In this document: piece after piece, positions 12,365-23,264 of the stretch
How positions within the stretch are numbered: the stretch's first letter is position 1
Layout of the letters: each line of letters starts with the position of its first letter
From: Escherichia coli
GTDB taxonomy: Bacteria > Pseudomonadota > Gammaproteobacteria > Enterobacterales > Enterobacteriaceae
NCBI RefSeq assembly: GCF_030384885.1
Contig: NZ_CP128613.1
Length of the DNA stretch: 64,000 bases
Direction: 5' to 3' (one strand)
The notes under the pieces: generated by a model
What the model was told of the DNA's origin: nothing
Databases searched by the model: none
The model's input: the letters and a program-made list of their open reading frames with translations, nothing else
Translations under genes and position numbers: made by a program

Positions 12365-14011
12365 TTATTCAACCTCTTCGCAGATATCCTGAGTTAATCG
12401 CCGCATAATATCTTTCCTTAACAAAAACTTTTGTATTTTACCTGATGCAGTACGTGGTAATTTCTCTGTTACCACAATATGTTCAGGATATTTATATTTT
12501 GCTACCCGTTTACGGCTAAAAAAAGCCACTATGTCTTTCAGCGATATTGAATGATGTGGCGCTTTCAGCACGACATAAGCGCATGAACGTTCACCTAAGC
12601 GTTCATCGGGCATTGCCACAACACAAGCATCATGAATTTTAGGATGCTGTAATAAAATATCTTCCACTTCACGACTGCTAATATTTTCCCCGCCGCGGAC
12701 AATAATATCTTTCTTGCGCCCGGTTATTTTTATATAGCCAGCTTCATCCATTCGGCAGAGATCGCCGCTGTAATACCAGCCTTCTTCATCCAGCGCACGG
12801 GCGGTTAATTCAGGTTCATCAAAATACCCCATAAATACATTGGGGCCACGCGAGGCTTCTTCACCTACACAACCAGGCGGTAAGGTCTTGCGTGCATCAT
12901 CGACCACTTTAATCTCTACGCCTGCGGCAGCGTAACCATCGGTGTTCATAAAGCGCGACAAAGGATCGTCGAGATTTACCACCGCATGCGGCGAACTTTC
13001 TGTGGAACCATAAACACTTAATAATTTAATGCCGCGTTGTTGGCATTCACGCGCCACCTTTTTGGGGATCGTGGTGCCGCCGCAAAGAAAGAAGCGGAGT
13101 GCTGAAAGGTCCGCAGGCTGTTTTTCCAGTAAGTTCAGCAAATCATAGACAAATGGCGTGGCGCCGAGCATACAGGTGCAACGCTGCTGCTCAAGCAGCG
13201 CGAGACACGCATCAGGAGTGAAAATATCTAACAACACGCTGCGAGCACCAATCAAAAAAGGTGCCGTTACGCCATGCAGAAAGCCCGTTGCGTGACCAAG
13301 TGGCGCAGGCATCATAAAGACATCCTGCCAGGTCAGGTTCAGCCGCGCGCAATATGCCCGCTCACTGGCGAGAATATTGTTATGCGTTAGCATCACGCCC
13401 TTTGGCTGCCCCTCAGTTCCGGAGGTAAATAGCACTGCTGCTAATTCATCGCCGTGGACCGTTATTGCCTTAGTCAGTGGGGTATTGTCGGCGATAAGAT
13501 GACTTAACGAGAGGGACGAGGTGGCGGGGGCCAGTTTGTCGACGCCGACGATTTGCTGTAGTTGTGGAAGCTGATTTTGCAGCGGCAGGATTAAATCTAC
13601 CGGACGCGTTTGTTTAAACAACGTCGGTGCAAAGAACATTTTTGCCTGACACTTATTGAGCACCCACACCAGTTCAGCCTCCCGCCAGGAAGGCAACAGC
13701 GGCACGGAAACCGCACCGGTTTTCAGGCAGGCAAGATAGATAACGGTAAATTCACACCAGCCAGGCAGTTGAAAAGCAATGCGATCCCCTGATTCAATAC
13801 CCTTCGCCAGCATCCAGTTTGCCAGACAGCTCGCGGCGTGATCGAGCTCGCTATAGGTGTACGATGCACCATGATTATCGACCACGGCAATTTTATCTGG
13901 CATCGAACGAGCGGTCTGCTGCCAGTAATCGGCCAGCGAAGCATCGCCCCATAATCCTTGTTGACGATAAGCCGCACGACGTTGTTCGTTAAACGTTAAT
14001 GTCACTTTCAT
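12365..14011 (-). CDS. fadK: Short/medium-chain acyl-CoA synthetase (anaerobic)
   Basis: 548-aa frame from internal ATG (MKVTLTFNEQ...) of the 566-aa track ORF; AMP-binding signature FTSGTEGQPKGV. Confidence 0.9.
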   Translation of the reverse strand: MKVTLTFNEQRRAAYRQQGLWGDASLADYWQQTARSMPDKIAVVDNHGASYTYSELDHAASCLANWMLAKGIESGDRIAFQLPGWCEFTVIYLACLKTGAVSVPLLPSWREAELVWVLNKCQAKMFFAPTLFKQTRPVDLILPLQNQLPQLQQIVGVDKLAPATSSLSLSHLIADNTPLTKAITVHGDELAAVLFTSGTEGQPKGVMLTHNNILASERAYCARLNLTWQDVFMMPAPLGHATGFLHGVTAPFLIGARSVLLDIFTPDACLALLEQQRCTCMLGATPFVYDLLNLLEKQPADLSALRFFLCGGTTIPKKVARECQQRGIKLLSVYGSTESSPHAVVNLDDPLSRFMNTDGYAAAGVEIKVVDDARKTLPPGCVGEEASRGPNVFMGYFDEPELTARALDEEGWYYSGDLCRMDEAGYIKITGRKKDIIVRGGENISSREVEDILLQHPKIHDACVVAMPDERLGERSCAYVVLKAPHHSISLKDIVAFFSRKRVAKYKYPEHIVVTEKLPRTASGKIQKFLLRKDIMRRLTQDICEEVE

Positions 14012-14067
14012 TTTGGACTCTCGAAACAGAACATCAGGCCCGAGATACGGGCCTGTGGGATGCATGA

Positions 14068-14361
14068 TTAGCCGTAGCGAAAATCAATACCGAAGGTGCC
14101 TGCGGGATATTGCCACTGTTCGAGAATCGTATTGCCACACAACACCCGACAGGTGCCGCATTCGAGACAACCGGCGGAATCAAAATGTATGTTTCCTGCG
14201 TCATCCTGCTTATACAGTCCGGCAGGGCAAGCTTTCATTAATTTACGGAATTCATTGATATCGGGATTTGCCGCCAGAATGATATGCGGGTGACCCTCAT
14301 CAACATGGAATTTATTGACACCTAATTTGATGTCGACGTTAACCGTAGCGTTCTGGCTCAT
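14068..14361 (-). CDS. ydiT: FixX-like ferredoxin
   Basis: 97-aa ORF with Cys cluster (CPAGLY...DSAGCLECGTCRVLC); start overlaps ydiS stop (ATGA). Confidence 0.9.
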   Translation of the reverse strand: MSQNATVNVDIKLGVNKFHVDEGHPHIILAANPDINEFRKLMKACPAGLYKQDDAGNIHFDSAGCLECGTCRVLCGNTILEQWQYPAGTFGIDFRYG

Positions 14362-15647
14362 AGCGCGGTTGCTCCCTTAATGCCATCTTTCAGCAAGTTG
14401 ATCAGCCCAATTTTCTTCGCATGTCCCATGATCATTTTGCGTACCGGTTGGTTAGGCTTACCGTCGATAGTGAACATTTCGTTCATGATGTCGGCGACCA
14501 TTCGTGGGTATTGGCTAAACAGGCGCGGGTTTTCCATCAGCGCCGGGATCTTGCGAAAATGCTGCATATCACGCATGACGCAACTTTGTTCCAGCTCACG
14601 TTTGTATTGCGCCAGGCTGCTGGCGGAGAAGTCAGCGCGTTCTTTAGCGGCAATCACTGTTGTGGCAGCAGCCTGGGCCGATGCGATGGCTAAATCCATT
14701 CCGCGAACCGTAAAGCCCAGATTGAGGCAGAAACCTGCGGCATCACCGACGATCATCACGCCCTCATTAACCAGCTGCGGCACCATCGCCAGACCGCCTT
14801 CCGGCACCATGTGCGCGGAATATTCAAGCAGTTTGCCGCCGCTAATCAGTGGGCGAATGGCGGGGTGTTGTTTAAAATCTTCCAGCATTTGCGGCACGCT
14901 TTTTTTTGCATGGGCGATATCACCCAATCCACAAACCAGCCCCAACGATACGGAATCCTTGTTGGTATAGAGGAATCCGCCGCCCATCAGGCCGTCAGAA
15001 GGGGAACCGGCAAACAGCCAGGCGGTACCTTCCTCGCCCATAACATTAAAGCGATCGTTGATTTGCTCTGGTGTAAGACCAATAACCTCTTTAACACCAA
15101 CTGCGTAATGATGCGGATCGGAAGCGGGAACCATTCCCAGCGAGCGGCCAAGCATTGAGTTAACGCCATCAGCCAGAATCACTACATTCGCTTCGAGAAT
15201 ATCCTCCCCGGCCTGGACGCCAGTGACCTTGTTTCCTTCACGAACCAGCGCATCGACGCGAACACCCGGGATAAACTGCGCACCCGCCTGTTCGGCTAGT
15301 TCCATCAACCACGGGTCCAGACGATTACGCAATACGGTATAAGACGCGTGTTGCGGAACATCTGGTTGCTCGCGGTGAAAATCGAGGGTAACGGCACTCT
15401 CTTCGGTTAAGAAGGAGATTTTCTCGCGTGTGACCTTGCGTTCTACCGGTGCTGATGCAGCAAAGCCCGGAATGATCGCTTCAAGTGTGTGGGCATAAAG
15501 ACGCCCGCCGGTCATATTTTTGCATCCGGCACTGTCGCCGCGTTCTATCACCAGGACATCCAGCCCGGCTCGCGCCATGACCAGTGCGGCAACGCTACCG
15601 GCAACGCCCGCACCGACCACAATGGCATCAAATTTGTCATCCGACAT
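14358..15647 (-). CDS. ydiS: FixC-like flavoprotein (ETF-quinone oxidoreductase family)
   Basis: 429-aa ORF with N-terminal FAD-binding GxGxxG (VVGAGVAGSVAA). Confidence 0.92.
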   Translation of the reverse strand: MSDDKFDAIVVGAGVAGSVAALVMARAGLDVLVIERGDSAGCKNMTGGRLYAHTLEAIIPGFAASAPVERKVTREKISFLTEESAVTLDFHREQPDVPQHASYTVLRNRLDPWLMELAEQAGAQFIPGVRVDALVREGNKVTGVQAGEDILEANVVILADGVNSMLGRSLGMVPASDPHHYAVGVKEVIGLTPEQINDRFNVMGEEGTAWLFAGSPSDGLMGGGFLYTNKDSVSLGLVCGLGDIAHAKKSVPQMLEDFKQHPAIRPLISGGKLLEYSAHMVPEGGLAMVPQLVNEGVMIVGDAAGFCLNLGFTVRGMDLAIASAQAAATTVIAAKERADFSASSLAQYKRELEQSCVMRDMQHFRKIPALMENPRLFSQYPRMVADIMNEMFTIDGKPNQPVRKMIMGHAKKIGLINLLKDGIKGATAL

Positions 15648-15701
15648 GCGTTATGCTCCCTTCCCGCTGCGTTTACAGCGGGAGATGTGGTTGAAAGGGA
15701 A

Positions 15702-16640
15702 TTAGCGACTCAACTGACTAATCAGGGCAGGGACGACTTTGTAGATATCGCCCACCAGACCGTAGTCGGCATAGTTGAAGATTGGCGCATTTTTATCTTT
15801 ATTAATGGCGACAATCACTTTTGCACCGTTGCCGCCAACCATATGCTGGATCTGCCCGGAGATCCCCAGCGTCAGGTAGAGATCGGATTTCAGCAACACG
15901 CCGGAGACACCGATATAACGTTCACGCTCCATCCAGTTCTCGCCTTCGGCAATTGGACGTGAACAGCCGACTTCAGCATTCAGAACCGCCGCCAGTTCGT
16001 GGACCATTTTCAGGTCATCCTGCGCCGCCAGACCACGACCGACGCCAACCACACGTTTTGCTTTGCTCAGGTCCACGCTGCTTGCCGCTTTCGCACGGCG
16101 TTCGCGACAGAGAATTTCATGACGCGGGGCAACATAAGGTACCGTTTCTGTCGGGCACTGATGAGAGATATCACTGGTGCACGGTTCCTGAACACCGGGT
16201 GCAAGGGTAATGATCGCCAGCGGGCTGTTGATCTTTTCCTGAGCGAACGCTAACCCGCCATACATCCGGTGTTCGGCGCAAATGTGACCATCGACAATAT
16301 CCACCGCCGTGGCATCGTTCACCAGCGCCGCATTCAGTTGCACACTTAACCGTGCTGCCAGAGCTTTACCACGTTTCGTCGCGGCCAACAGCAACATAGC
16401 GGGGTGTTTATCTTTCAGCAGGGCAGCAATGCTTTCGGCGTAATTTTCAGTACGTTGCAGCGCGTCGTTTTGTTCAAGAACATAAATACATTTTGGCCCA
16501 TAAGGCATAACTGCCTGCGCCTGGTCGGTATTTTGTACAATGGCATACACCTGTTGGCCCCATTGCTGAGCGCCGCCAAACAGTTCAGCATAACGTTCAG
16601 GATTATCGCTAAAGACCCAGACGCTGTTTAATTGACTCAT
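15702..16640 (-). CDS. ydiR: Electron-transfer flavoprotein alpha subunit (FixB-like)
   Basis: 312-aa ORF of ETF-alpha family. Confidence 0.92.
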   Translation of the reverse strand: MSQLNSVWVFSDNPERYAELFGGAQQWGQQVYAIVQNTDQAQAVMPYGPKCIYVLEQNDALQRTENYAESIAALLKDKHPAMLLLAATKRGKALAARLSVQLNAALVNDATAVDIVDGHICAEHRMYGGLAFAQEKINSPLAIITLAPGVQEPCTSDISHQCPTETVPYVAPRHEILCRERRAKAASSVDLSKAKRVVGVGRGLAAQDDLKMVHELAAVLNAEVGCSRPIAEGENWMERERYIGVSGVLLKSDLYLTLGISGQIQHMVGGNGAKVIVAINKDKNAPIFNYADYGLVGDIYKVVPALISQLSR

Positions 16641-16659
16641 CGTTTCTTCTCCGTAGGCT

Positions 16660-17424
16660 TCAGTTCAGGGCTTTCTTCAGATGTTCCGCCAGCTCGGCAA
16701 TGGCCTCCGGCGAATCGTTATCGAGAATGATGTGCTTACGTTCTGTTTGCGGCGGTACGCGAATGCCGGTCAGTTCAGCAAGTGGTGTGCTCTGGCTCCA
16801 GCCAATATCACTTGCCTGCCACTGATTTACCGGTTTTTTACCCGCGCCGAGAATGGCTTTCATCGAAGGAATGCGTGGCATGTTAATATCGGAGGTGACG
16901 CAGAGCACGGCTGGAACAGAGAGCTCAATAACTTCAACATCATCTTCAAGCGTGCGTTCAATCACCAGTGTATTGCCCTGACGCTGAATAGCACTCACTG
17001 CATTAATCACCGGAAGTTGCAGAATTTCTCCGACCAGCAAGCCAACCTGCTGGGCATAAAGGTCGCCGGAACCTTCACCAAAGATCAGTAAATCGAAGCC
17101 GATCTTTTCAACTGCTGCCGCCAGCGCCTTTGCGGTATCGAGAGGCAGTGCATGTTCAAGTTGCGCATCCTGCACCAAATACAGGCTATGCGGCCCGCGG
17201 GATAGCACGTCTTTGCGCACTTTCGAGTTCTGCAACAATGAGCCGCCAATGGTCAGCGCGGCTATCTCATCGTCATCTGTTGCAATCTGGCTTGCAGCTT
17301 CAATGGCATTGAGATCGAACTGGCTGATTTTGGCGTCGGCATTGTCGAAATTCAGGGTATATTCTGGAGTGACAACAATGTCCTGTTCTTCAGGCACCAG
17401 CTTAAAGCAGGTTATTATTTTCAT
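16660..17424 (-). CDS. ydiQ: Electron-transfer flavoprotein beta subunit (FixA-like)
   Basis: 254-aa frame from internal ATG (MKIITCFKLVPEEQD...) with SD ctcacaggaga; the track ORF extends 33 codons upstream, which I reject. Confidence 0.9.
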   Translation of the reverse strand: MKIITCFKLVPEEQDIVVTPEYTLNFDNADAKISQFDLNAIEAASQIATDDDEIAALTIGGSLLQNSKVRKDVLSRGPHSLYLVQDAQLEHALPLDTAKALAAAVEKIGFDLLIFGEGSGDLYAQQVGLLVGEILQLPVINAVSAIQRQGNTLVIERTLEDDVEVIELSVPAVLCVTSDINMPRIPSMKAILGAGKKPVNQWQASDIGWSQSTPLAELTGIRVPPQTERKHIILDNDSPEAIAELAEHLKKALN

Positions 17425-17739
17425 GATTTCTCCTGTGAGTCGCATACGGAACCATCTCCGATGGAAGGTAAAAATGGCCTGAAAATAGTGTGCGATAGCG
17501 GTGCGGGGTTTTCGACGGAGCAAGCTGTTTTCCTTGCCAACAATCTTGCAAAAAAAATGCGATCGCTAAAACAAAAGTGCAATTTGCGGCAAAGTTGTTA
17601 TTCCATGACCGTACAATCTTGCATTCAGTGTAAATAATCTTGTTTAGCTCTCGCTAAACGCGGTTGTATAACCGCAATACACGCCGTATTTTATCCGGCA
17701 TATATTGTTTTTGCTTGCTCATGGAATAGGGAGGTTGTC

Positions 17740-18651
17740 ATGTATCAACGCTGTTTTGATAACGCCAGCGAAACGCTGTTTGTCGCCGGTAAAACGCCAC
17801 GGCTTTCACGTTTTGCATTTAGCGATGATCCAAAATGGGAGTCCGGACATCACGTTCATGACAATGAAACCGAGTTGATTTACGTCAAGAAAGGGGTAGC
17901 AAGGTTTACCATCGATTCTTCGTTATATGTCGCGCATGCCGATGACATTGTGGTGATAGAACGTGGCAGGTTGCATGCGGTGGCCTCTGACGTTAACGAT
18001 CCGGCAACGACGTGTACCTGTGCGCTGTACGGCTTTCAGTTTCAGGGGACTGAGGAAAATCAGCTACTGCAACCGCATTCTTGCCCGGTCATTGCCGCAG
18101 GGCAGGGAAAAGAAGTCATTAAAACCTTATTTAATGAGCTAAGTGTGATTTTGCCGCAAAGTAAAAATAGCCAAACATCTTCGTTATGGGACGCATTTGC
18201 CTATACGTTAGCAATTCTTTACTACGAAAACTTTAAAAATGCTTATCGTTCGGAGCAGGGGTATATTAAAAAAGATGTTCTGATAAAAGATATTCTTTTC
18301 TATCTGAATAATAATTATCTCGAAAAAATCACTTTAGAGCAGTTATCGAAAAAATTTCGTGCCAGCGTCAGTTATATCTGCCATGAATTTACCAAAGAGT
18401 ATCGTATTTCCCCTATTAACTATGTTATTCAACGGCGTATGACGGAAGCGAAATGGTCACTCACTAATACTGAATTATCACAGGCAGAGATCTCCTGGCG
18501 TGTGGGTTATGAAAATGTCGATCACTTTGCCAAACTGTTTTTGCGCCATGTCGGCTGTTCGCCCAGCGATTACCGCAGGCAATTTAAAAACTGTTTTGCG
18601 GAACAAGAAATCCTATCTGAATTTCCTCAACCAGTAAGTCTTGCCGGATAA
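17740..18651 (+). CDS. ydiP: AraC/XylS-family transcriptional regulator
   Basis: 303-aa ORF with C-terminal AraC-type HTH region; divergent from ydiQ operon. Confidence 0.9.
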   Translation: MYQRCFDNASETLFVAGKTPRLSRFAFSDDPKWESGHHVHDNETELIYVKKGVARFTIDSSLYVAHADDIVVIERGRLHAVASDVNDPATTCTCALYGFQFQGTEENQLLQPHSCPVIAAGQGKEVIKTLFNELSVILPQSKNSQTSSLWDAFAYTLAILYYENFKNAYRSEQGYIKKDVLIKDILFYLNNNYLEKITLEQLSKKFRASVSYICHEFTKEYRISPINYVIQRRMTEAKWSLTNTELSQAEISWRVGYENVDHFAKLFLRHVGCSPSDYRRQFKNCFAEQEILSEFPQPVSLAG

Positions 18652-18655
18652 ATCT

Positions 18656-18687
18656 GGCGGCGCAGTTTGTTAAGAAGCTGCGCCGCC
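18656..18687. terminator. Bidirectional hairpin between convergent ydiP and ydiO
   Basis: ggcggcgcag-tttgttaagaa-gctgcgccgcc, 10-11 bp GC-rich stem. Confidence 0.6.
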
Positions 18688-18693
18688 TGCAGA

Positions 18694-19845
18694 TTATTTG
18701 TTCTGATAATCTTTCAGGATCTGCCGACCCGCTACGTAAATCATAATTTCGTCTGTACCGCCGCCGATACGTTCACAACGGACATCACGCCAGAAGCGGG
18801 AGACGCGCGCCTCATCGGTATAGCCCAGACCGCCCATGATTTGAATCGCATCATCAATAACTTCCATTGCGGTACGTGCGCAGTACAGTTTTGCCAGCGC
18901 CGCGCTGGTGCGCAGTGACTGATGCTGATCGGCTTGCCATGCCACTTTCAACACCATGTTGCGCATGTTGTCGATCTTAATCGCCATCAGCGCCAGTTTT
19001 TCCTGGATCATCTGGTTATGACCAATGGGTTTACCAAAAGCGATACGTTGGTTGGCATAGCGGGCGGCATCTTCGAATGCGCATTCGGCAAAGCCGGTGC
19101 TGCGCGCGGCGTTGATCAGGCGCTCCATCTCAAAGTTGTACATCACATTGAGGAAACCCATTCCTTCTTCGCCCACCATGTCGCTCTCTTCAACCTCTAC
19201 GTTGTCGAGATAGACTTCGCAGGTGCTGAGCATATGCCAGCCGATTTTATGCAGCGGGTTAATCTTAATGCCGGGCTTACTGGAGTCGACCCACCACAGG
19301 GTGAAGGCTTTTTTGGGATCTTTCGGTTCTGGATCGCGCGCCAGCACCAGCATATATGGGTACTCTTTCGCGCCGGTAATAAAGGTTTTCTGGCCGTTGA
19401 TGTAAACCTTGCCATTTTTACGCGTGTAAGTGGTAGTGGCACTGTTATTGTCTGAGCCTGCGCCTGGTTCCGTCAACGCCAGGGCATAGGCGGGATCACC
19501 CGTTTCCAGGGTGCTCTCTGCCGTTTTACGTAGCTGCTCAGCAGAACCGAAACGGCGCATGCTGTGAATACATTGACCGTTGGTAATCAAAAATGCCGGA
19601 GCACCGCATTTTGACACTTCCATCAGCGCCAACATCTGGGTGACGTAATCCGCAGGGATGCCACCAAATTCTTCCGGCACGCCAAGCATAGAAATGCCGT
19701 TATCCGCCAGTGCCCGCATAAACTCACGCGGGTATGTCCCGTTTTGATCGCAGGTGCGGAAATACTCTTCCGGGAAGTTGGTCGTAATCAACTCGCGAAT
19801 ACTGGCCAGCAGCAGTTCTTGTTCTTCAGTTAAAGAAAAATCCAT
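18694..19845 (-). CDS. ydiO: Acyl-CoA dehydrogenase family protein
   Basis: 383-aa frame from internal ATG (MDFSLTEEQELL...) with SD aacaggagta; ACAD-family sequence. Confidence 0.9.
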   Translation of the reverse strand: MDFSLTEEQELLLASIRELITTNFPEEYFRTCDQNGTYPREFMRALADNGISMLGVPEEFGGIPADYVTQMLALMEVSKCGAPAFLITNGQCIHSMRRFGSAEQLRKTAESTLETGDPAYALALTEPGAGSDNNSATTTYTRKNGKVYINGQKTFITGAKEYPYMLVLARDPEPKDPKKAFTLWWVDSSKPGIKINPLHKIGWHMLSTCEVYLDNVEVEESDMVGEEGMGFLNVMYNFEMERLINAARSTGFAECAFEDAARYANQRIAFGKPIGHNQMIQEKLALMAIKIDNMRNMVLKVAWQADQHQSLRTSAALAKLYCARTAMEVIDDAIQIMGGLGYTDEARVSRFWRDVRCERIGGGTDEIMIYVAGRQILKDYQNK

Positions 19846-19858
19846 CGTGATACTCCTG

Positions 19859-21454
19859 TTAATGAGCCGCTTCAGGCAGGACAAAACCCATCGCCGCATC
19901 GATAAATAATCTTTCGTCCATCAGTTTGAGTTCTGGTGAAATCACTGGGGTGAAATCCATTTTGTCGAGAATATCTTTTTGTAAATCGACGCCAGGGGCG
20001 ATTTCGATTAAATGCAGGCCGTCTTCTTTTAGCGTGAATACGGCGCGCTCAGTGATATAACGAACATCCAGCCCTCGCTCGAGAGCGATTTTTCCGCTGA
20101 AAGTAATTTCCGGTAGTTCCCGAATAAATTTCTTCACCCGTCCTTCCTGGACGATATTTAATTTGCCGTCGGTAATTTCTGTTTTTAAACTGCCCGCAGT
20201 TAACGTGCCGCAGAAAACGATTTTCTTCGAAGTGGCACTGATATCAATAAATCCACCGGTGCCCATGATTTTACCATTGAATTTATGCACGCCGACGTTA
20301 CCGTGCTGGTCGACTTCAGCAAAACTCAAATAACAAACATCCAGACCGCCACCGTGATAAAAATCAAACTGGGACGTCATATCCAGAATGGCACGGGTAT
20401 TCACGTTCGCGCCAAAGGCGATACCCTGTGAAGTAATACCGCCAATTGGGCCTGTTTCTACCGTCAGAATAAAGTCATCAGCACAACCTTCTTCCCGGGC
20501 GACCAGGCCAATGCCGTCAGCAATACCGACGCCGACATTCCCCACCGCGCCTTTACGCATTTCGAATAATGCGCGCCGCGCAACTAATTTACGTTGGTTT
20601 AGGGGCAGGCTAAGTTTGGTACTGTCATCAAGGGTGAAGTCACCAGAAATAAAGCGGTTAACCGGCGCACCGCCATACAGTTGGGTTTGATCCGGATCGA
20701 CCACCACAATATCCACCAGATAACCCGGAATACGGACAGATTTAGGATGCAGCGTGGCTTTCTTAACCATTTTCTGCACCTGCATCATCACAATACCGCC
20801 GTTATTGTGCACCGCCTGAGCAATAACCAATGCGTCGAGATACATCACCTCATCTTCAAAAGTGGCGTAGCCTTCGCTGTCGCAGGTGGTAGCGCGAATG
20901 AAGGCGATATCTGGCGCTATCGCTTTGTAATAGAGATATTCTTTGTTATCAAACTCGACCAGTTTAATCAGGTCTTCTTTAGTGACTTCATTCAGTTTGC
21001 CGCCTTGCTGGCGTGGATCGACAAATGTTCCGATGCCAATATCACTAATAATACCAGGCTGGTGGGCTGCGGCGGCGCGTAAGGTTTGTGTAAGTACACC
21101 TTGTGGATAGTTATAAGCAATAATTTTATTTTGTTCTGCGAGATCAGAAATACGCGGCGATTGTCCCCAGTGACCGCATAATGCCCATTTCACCAGACCT
21201 TCTTGTGCCAGCGGACTAATACCACGGTCGGCGCGATCGCCAAGCCCTGTTGGACTAATAATCGATAAATTACGTGGTGTTTGAGTCTGTTTATATTTAT
21301 CAGCAAGAGCAGTAATTAACGTGGTGGCTTCCAGAATACCGCCGCCAGCGCCTAACACACAAAGTGTTGCTTCGTCGGGAATATAATTCACCGCTTCCTG
21401 TGCCGACAGGACCGGCACTCGTCCATTAATACGAGGTGGTTTTACAGGTTTCAT
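19859..21454 (-). CDS. ydiF: Family I CoA-transferase (acetate/short-chain acyl-CoA transferase, fused alpha-beta)
   Basis: 531-aa ORF recognised as YdiF. Confidence 0.92.
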   Translation of the reverse strand: MKPVKPPRINGRVPVLSAQEAVNYIPDEATLCVLGAGGGILEATTLITALADKYKQTQTPRNLSIISPTGLGDRADRGISPLAQEGLVKWALCGHWGQSPRISDLAEQNKIIAYNYPQGVLTQTLRAAAAHQPGIISDIGIGTFVDPRQQGGKLNEVTKEDLIKLVEFDNKEYLYYKAIAPDIAFIRATTCDSEGYATFEDEVMYLDALVIAQAVHNNGGIVMMQVQKMVKKATLHPKSVRIPGYLVDIVVVDPDQTQLYGGAPVNRFISGDFTLDDSTKLSLPLNQRKLVARRALFEMRKGAVGNVGVGIADGIGLVAREEGCADDFILTVETGPIGGITSQGIAFGANVNTRAILDMTSQFDFYHGGGLDVCYLSFAEVDQHGNVGVHKFNGKIMGTGGFIDISATSKKIVFCGTLTAGSLKTEITDGKLNIVQEGRVKKFIRELPEITFSGKIALERGLDVRYITERAVFTLKEDGLHLIEIAPGVDLQKDILDKMDFTPVISPELKLMDERLFIDAAMGFVLPEAAH

Positions 21455-21597
21455 TGTTAATTCCTGATTCAGGTGTGATTTTCCCTACGCCAGATGGAGA
21501 ATTAGCGCACAGAGACTCACGAAATATTTTTATTAAATACGGTTGAATATATTTTTTTGTTCGGCGGGGGAGGGTATTCCCGCCGAAATATTATTGC

Positions 21598-22356
21598 TTA
21601 TGCCTGATGTAAAATAGTTAATACCGTGCGCAAATCATTTACCGAGATTTGCCCTGGCGCAGAGGCTTTTTTTACCGCACCAAAAGTTGCCGCCGAGCCA
21701 AATACTTCACCAGCCAGACGAGAAATTACGCCAGTTTTTGCCATCGACATCGTGATGATTGGACGATCGGCATACTGCTCCTGCATCTCCAGGGTCGCAG
21801 CAAGCAACGTCAGCACATCGCTGGTACTTTGCGGCATCAGCGCAATCTTAGGAATATCGGCATCGAAGGACTGCATTTTGCGCAGACGGGCAATGATTTC
21901 TTCGGCTTCCGGCGTTTTATGGAAGTCATGGTTGGACATGACAACTTTCACATCATGCGCGTGGGCGTAGGCGACGGTTTCTTTAACCTGATCATCGCCG
22001 GTAAATAACTCCAGATCGATCATATCAACCAGGCCACTATCGATGGCTGCACGATTGAGTGCAATATAAGCCTCGGTGGAAATCGCCTGCTCGCCGCCTT
22101 CTTTGGCACTGCGGAAGGTAAACAGCAGCGGTTTTTCTGGCATGGTTTCACGGAGAATTTTTGCCGCTGCCATGACAGACTCCACATTGGAGAGGTCGGC
22201 ATAGTGGTCAACACGCCATTCCAGAATATCAAAGTCCGCTTCACGATAGGCGAGAGCTTCGGATTTCACGCTGGCGATATCTTTCGCCATCAGCGAGACG
22301 ATGATTTTAGGTGCGCCCGTACCAATGACGAGATCTTTTACAGTTACGGTTTTCAT
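21598..22356 (-). CDS. aroD: 3-dehydroquinate dehydratase, type I
   Basis: 252-aa [55 protein letters not shown]... Confidence 0.96.
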   Translation of the reverse strand: MKTVTVKDLVIGTGAPKIIVSLMAKDIASVKSEALAYREADFDILEWRVDHYADLSNVESVMAAAKILRETMPEKPLLFTFRSAKEGGEQAISTEAYIALNRAAIDSGLVDMIDLELFTGDDQVKETVAYAHAHDVKVVMSNHDFHKTPEAEEIIARLRKMQSFDADIPKIALMPQSTSDVLTLLAATLEMQEQYADRPIITMSMAKTGVISRLAGEVFGSAATFGAVKKASAPGQISVNDLRTVLTILHQA

Positions 22357-22386
22357 TTTTTACCCTTTCTGCACGCGGTCAGCCTG

Positions 22387-23253
22387 TCAGGCACCAAACC
22401 CCATGACCTGTTTAACATATTCCAGAGGGAAATCTTTGCCAGTCCATAACGTGAACTGTTCAGCCCCTTGCCACAACAACATGCCGTATCCATCAATCGT
22501 TTTGCAACCAGCTTGTTGCGCCTGCTGCAATAACTTCGTCATATGCGGGTTATACACGCATTCAGTGACCAGAAGTCCCGGATGTAACAGACTGATATCA
22601 TTAACCAATGATTCATTCTCAAGGGGTTTCATACCCACTTTTGTGCCATTGGTTAAAATGTCGGCGGAAGCCAGGGCTTCAGCAAAGGCTTGCTGATCGG
22701 CGAGATCGGTGACTGTCACGACGCAATCGGTGTTTTCGTTAACCCGCTGCGCGAAGGCGAGGGCTTTATCGAAGAACTCATCCCGACGGTTAAAGAGTTT
22801 AATTTCTTTTAAACCTTCAATTGCCCCCTGCGCGCCAATCGCCGTTGAGGCACCTCCGGCCCCTAACAGCACCATCGTTTTGCCTTTGATATCAAAACCG
22901 CTCTCTTTAATGGCGCGAATATGCCCCGTGCCGTCGGTGTTATAGCCACGCAGATAGCCATCATCATTAACGATGGTGTTGATGGCCCCCACCAGTTTGG
23001 CAGCTGGTGTTAATTCATCAACATATTCACACGCCAGTTGTTTGTTCGGCATTGATACACCAGTTCCGCGCATTTTTAGAGCTTTTAATCCTTCAATTGC
23101 TCCGGGAAAGCTATCGTTATCCACTTCAAAGGCCATATAGGTAAATGGCAATCCCGCTTTTTCTAAGGCTTTATTCTGCATTTCGGGCGATAAACTGTGG
23201 CGGATAGGATAGGCCATCAACCCAATCAATTCGTATTTTGCGGTAACATCCAT
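22387..23253 (-). CDS. ydiB: Quinate/shikimate dehydrogenase, NAD(P)-dependent
   Basis: 288-aa ORF of the AroE/YdiB family with GAGGA nucleotide-binding motif. Confidence 0.94.
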
Positions 23254-23264
23254 AATTAACTCCT

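Noticed and set aside
21561-21586. GC-rich hairpin (cggcggg-ggagggtattc-ccgccg) between aroD and ydiF as a regulatory structure
   Set aside because: It lies immediately downstream of the aroD stop on the minus strand and is most simply the aroD terminator or transcript-stabilising hairpin. Flanking runs are mixed A/T, so direction and function are ambiguous, with no evidence of anything more.
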